From Thermoanaerobaculia bacterium (GTDB lineage Bacteria; Acidobacteriota; Thermoanaerobaculia; Gp7-AA8), in contig JBKJVD010000177.1 of the NCBI GenBank assembly GCA_046590585.1, positions 1 through 54,524 on the forward strand: a stretch of DNA of 54,524 nucleotides, read 5' to 3'. Position 1 is the stretch's first letter; each line of letters begins with the position of its first letter. Below are positions 52,500-54,524 of the stretch, piece after piece. Made by a program: the position numbers and the translations under genes. The notes beneath the pieces are model-generated. The model had not been told where the DNA came from, did not search any database, and saw only the letters and a list, made by a program, of their open reading frames with translations.

Positions 52500-54296
52500 T
52501 CAAGGGATATAGCCGCGGATCGTGCGCACCTGCGCGTCGGGACGGCTCACTCGGACTTCGATCCCGCGATACTTCCTGTCCGCCTTGGAGTTCTGCGCGT
52601 TGTAAGTCAGCAGATACTGCGAACGCAGGTCACTTTCGAGCTGCCTGTAAGTTTCGTCCAGCTGTTTCACTCCCCGGACGAAGTACGCCACTCCGCCGGT
52701 CTCGGCCGCGAGCAGCTTCATCTTCGAGGTTCCGCTCATGTTGCTGAACCCCATGCCGATCCCGATGAAGTAGAGCGGCACGCGAGCGGCACGCGCATAG
52801 GTGAGCATCTCATCGAACGGGAGGCGGGAGGTCGTGTCTTCGCCATCCGTGATCATGATGAGTACCTTGCGGCCCTGAACATTGCGAAATCGGTAAAGGC
52901 CCGTCACGATCGCGTCGTAGAGTGACGTCCCGCCTTCGGCCTCTCCGACTGCGTCGACCTGAAGCTTGAGCGCGGCCTGGTTGCTCACGAATGGCGCGAT
53001 GCTGGTCGAGTCGAACGCGAATCCGCCGACGAACGCCCGATCTCCCGGCTTGATGATGCTGCTCAGGAATGTTGCGGCAGCTTCCCTGGCGTCTTTCATC
53101 CGCGGCTTCATGCTGCCCGAGCGGTCCATCAGGATTCCGACGGCGATCGAAAGATTCGATGCGTACTGGAACGACGAGATGACCTGAGGCTTTCCACTCT
53201 CCAGGACCGAGAACAGCTCCTTCGTCAGGCCCGGAATCGGCGCGCCCGTCTTGTCCGAGACGCTCACGGGAAGCTCGACGACATCGACGTCGATGCTCTC
53301 GCTGTAGTTGTTCCCGTTGAGGAAGAGCAGGTCCGACGCTTCGTAGTTCGTGTCGTCGACGACCGAGGCACGAATGAAATCAGCTCCTGCCAGCTTAGAC
53401 TTCGGAAGAGAGACCGCGTACGGCGGCGCCGACCATTCCTGAATCTTCTGGTCACCGGCGTAGAGCGCAACGCTCTTGATGTCCCGGACCGTCGGATTCT
53501 GGACGCTCAACTTGATGTGATTGACGCCATCCGCAGTCACCGTGCGGGTGATCTTCACCTCGAGCGGTGTCTCCCGCTCGTTCACGACGAACGCGTCGGC
53601 ATCGATGTACCGGCCGGTTCGGTCGTATCCGACCGCCCTGACCTCAACGCGCTTCGGAATGGCACCGAGATCGACCTCAGCGCGGTAGGGAGGCGAGTTG
53701 CGAACGACGATCTTCTTTCCCTCTACCCAGAATTCGACGCGTGTCACCGGCGCCTTCACATCCACCTCGATGATGAAGAGGTTCGGCGCCACGTCACGAC
53801 GCGGGTTGCGGATCTTCACCGAGCCCGCCGTCTCGGGCACGATTCCTTCGGCGACGATTCCCTCGGCGCCATCGGTCTCACGGGCCAGATACTCGACTCC
53901 CGTCTTCGCAACTTTCAGCGTGGCCAGCTTCCGGGCCACGATCACTGGACTCGAATCAGGCACGTCGATCATCAGACGCGTCTCGATCTCGAGTTGTCCT
54001 TCCGGCAGCTGCATCACGGTCTTGAAACTATCGCGCTCTTCCGGGGGCAACACGTAGCGGAACGTCTTCACCACTGTGCCGCCGCTCGACACCGAACCCT
54101 GAAGCACGAGCGGCGCACCGGGTGGAACCTCCGGCGGAACGACGACGCGAAACGTGACCCGCGTGGCGATCCCCGCAGCCGCATCGCCGAGGGGCTCGGT
54201 CGTGATGCGAATCGCGTCCGGTTGATCCTGCGCGAGAAGCGATCCACTGGCGATCAGGAAAAAGAGAACCGCGACCCACCGCAAGACAGGCGTCAT
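52500..54296 (-). CDS. Secreted VWA-domain protein
   Basis: Signal MTPVLRWVAVLFFLIASGSLLAQ. C-terminal MIDAS-type DRSGSM ... TDGEDT. The 5' 72 codons of the track ORF read through the GTTCCTCGG repeat and are rejected. Confidence 0.8.
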   Translation of the reverse strand: MTPVLRWVAVLFFLIASGSLLAQDQPDAIRITTEPLGDAAAGIATRVTFRVVVPPEVPPGAPLVLQGSVSSGGTVVKTFRYVLPPEERDSFKTVMQLPEGQLEIETRLMIDVPDSSPVIVARKLATLKVAKTGVEYLARETDGAEGIVAEGIVPETAGSVKIRNPRRDVAPNLFIIEVDVKAPVTRVEFWVEGKKIVVRNSPPYRAEVDLGAIPKRVEVRAVGYDRTGRYIDADAFVVNERETPLEVKITRTVTADGVNHIKLSVQNPTVRDIKSVALYAGDQKIQEWSAPPYAVSLPKSKLAGADFIRASVVDDTNYEASDLLFLNGNNYSESIDVDVVELPVSVSDKTGAPIPGLTKELFSVLESGKPQVISSFQYASNLSIAVGILMDRSGSMKPRMKDAREAAATFLSSIIKPGDRAFVGGFAFDSTSIAPFVSNQAALKLQVDAVGEAEGGTSLYDAIVTGLYRFRNVQGRKVLIMITDGEDTTSRLPFDEMLTYARAARVPLYFIGIGMGFSNMSGTSKMKLLAAETGGVAYFVRGVKQLDETYRQLESDLRSQYLLTYNAQNSKADRKYRGIEVRVSRPDAQVRTIRGYIP

Positions 54297-54359
54297 GGCC
54301 GGTATAAGCCAACGGGTGAACTGGAGATTTCGAGTTCCGGAAAACGTATTGTCAACGTC

Positions 54360-54499
54360 GGTTCCTCGGGGTTCCTCGGTTCCTCGGGTTCCTCGGGGGG
54401 AGTGAGTAAAAGGCGACGTTGATGAACTGCCGGAAACCTGCGGAACTCGCGAGACCCCGAGGAACCCGAGGAACCGAGGAACTCCGAGGAACTCCGAGG
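54360..54499. repeat. Third copy of the GTTCCTCGG inverted tandem-repeat element
   Basis: GGTTCCTCGGGGTTCCTCGGTTCCTCGGGTTCCTCGGG at 54360-54397 faces CCCCGAGGAACCCGAGGAACCGAGGAACTCCGAGGAACTCCGAGGG at 54455-54500. Confidence 0.8.
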
Positions 54500-54524
54500 G
54501 ACCGATTCCCATAGAATCCGGGCA

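Noticed and set aside
1-54524. tRNA, rRNA, tmRNA or obvious riboswitch
   Set aside because: I found no cloverleaf-like sequence with a GTTCGAATC-type T-arm, no rRNA-like conserved blocks and no recognisable riboswitch cores. A tRNAscan or Infernal run would be needed to be certain.

Overview
High-GC bacterial chromosomal window with about 40 supportable genes. The gene content (sigma-54 enhancer-binding protein, DUF4097 proteins, KGG stress protein, EgtB-like enzyme, OM-barrel and lipoprotein signals) suggests a Gram-negative, possibly Acidobacteriota-like organism; that taxon guess is inference only. Most of the window is ordinary housekeeping or stress content: a FAD/Rieske oxidoreductase, a YdiJ-like FAD/Fe-S oxidoreductase, SOD, an ABC-2 exporter, yvcK-glmU, an IMPase-mpg-yigZ operon, an Slt-type lytic transglycosylase and a VWA protein. 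The stand-out is a 14.7-kb segment (18070-32785). It is bracketed by imperfect ~154-bp direct repeats that copy the 3' end of a glutamine-amidotransferase-like gene. The segment contains only three giant signal-peptide proteins. Two are collinear, convergent ~1430-aa paralogues: Ig-like repeat arrays followed by a shared ~490-aa C-terminal module I cannot assign to any family, and one of them also carries a ricin-type lectin insert. The third is a 1748-aa protein with an Ig-like array, an IPT/TIG domain and a large C-terminal beta-barrel. Its upstream region holds a good sigma-54 -24/-12 match and a perfect palindrome about 100 bp further up. The insertion sits at the end of an amidoligase-type cluster (esterase, ATP-grasp, GCS2 carboxylate-amine ligase, GATase-like). 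Other notable items are a 177-bp element with 22-bp perfect terminal inverted repeats, a dispersed intergenic repeat family built from tandem GTTCCTCGG units, and an unusually long sigma-54 activator. I saw no rRNA, tRNA, CRISPR array, transposase or integrase. All family calls come from motif recognition by eye, not from searches.
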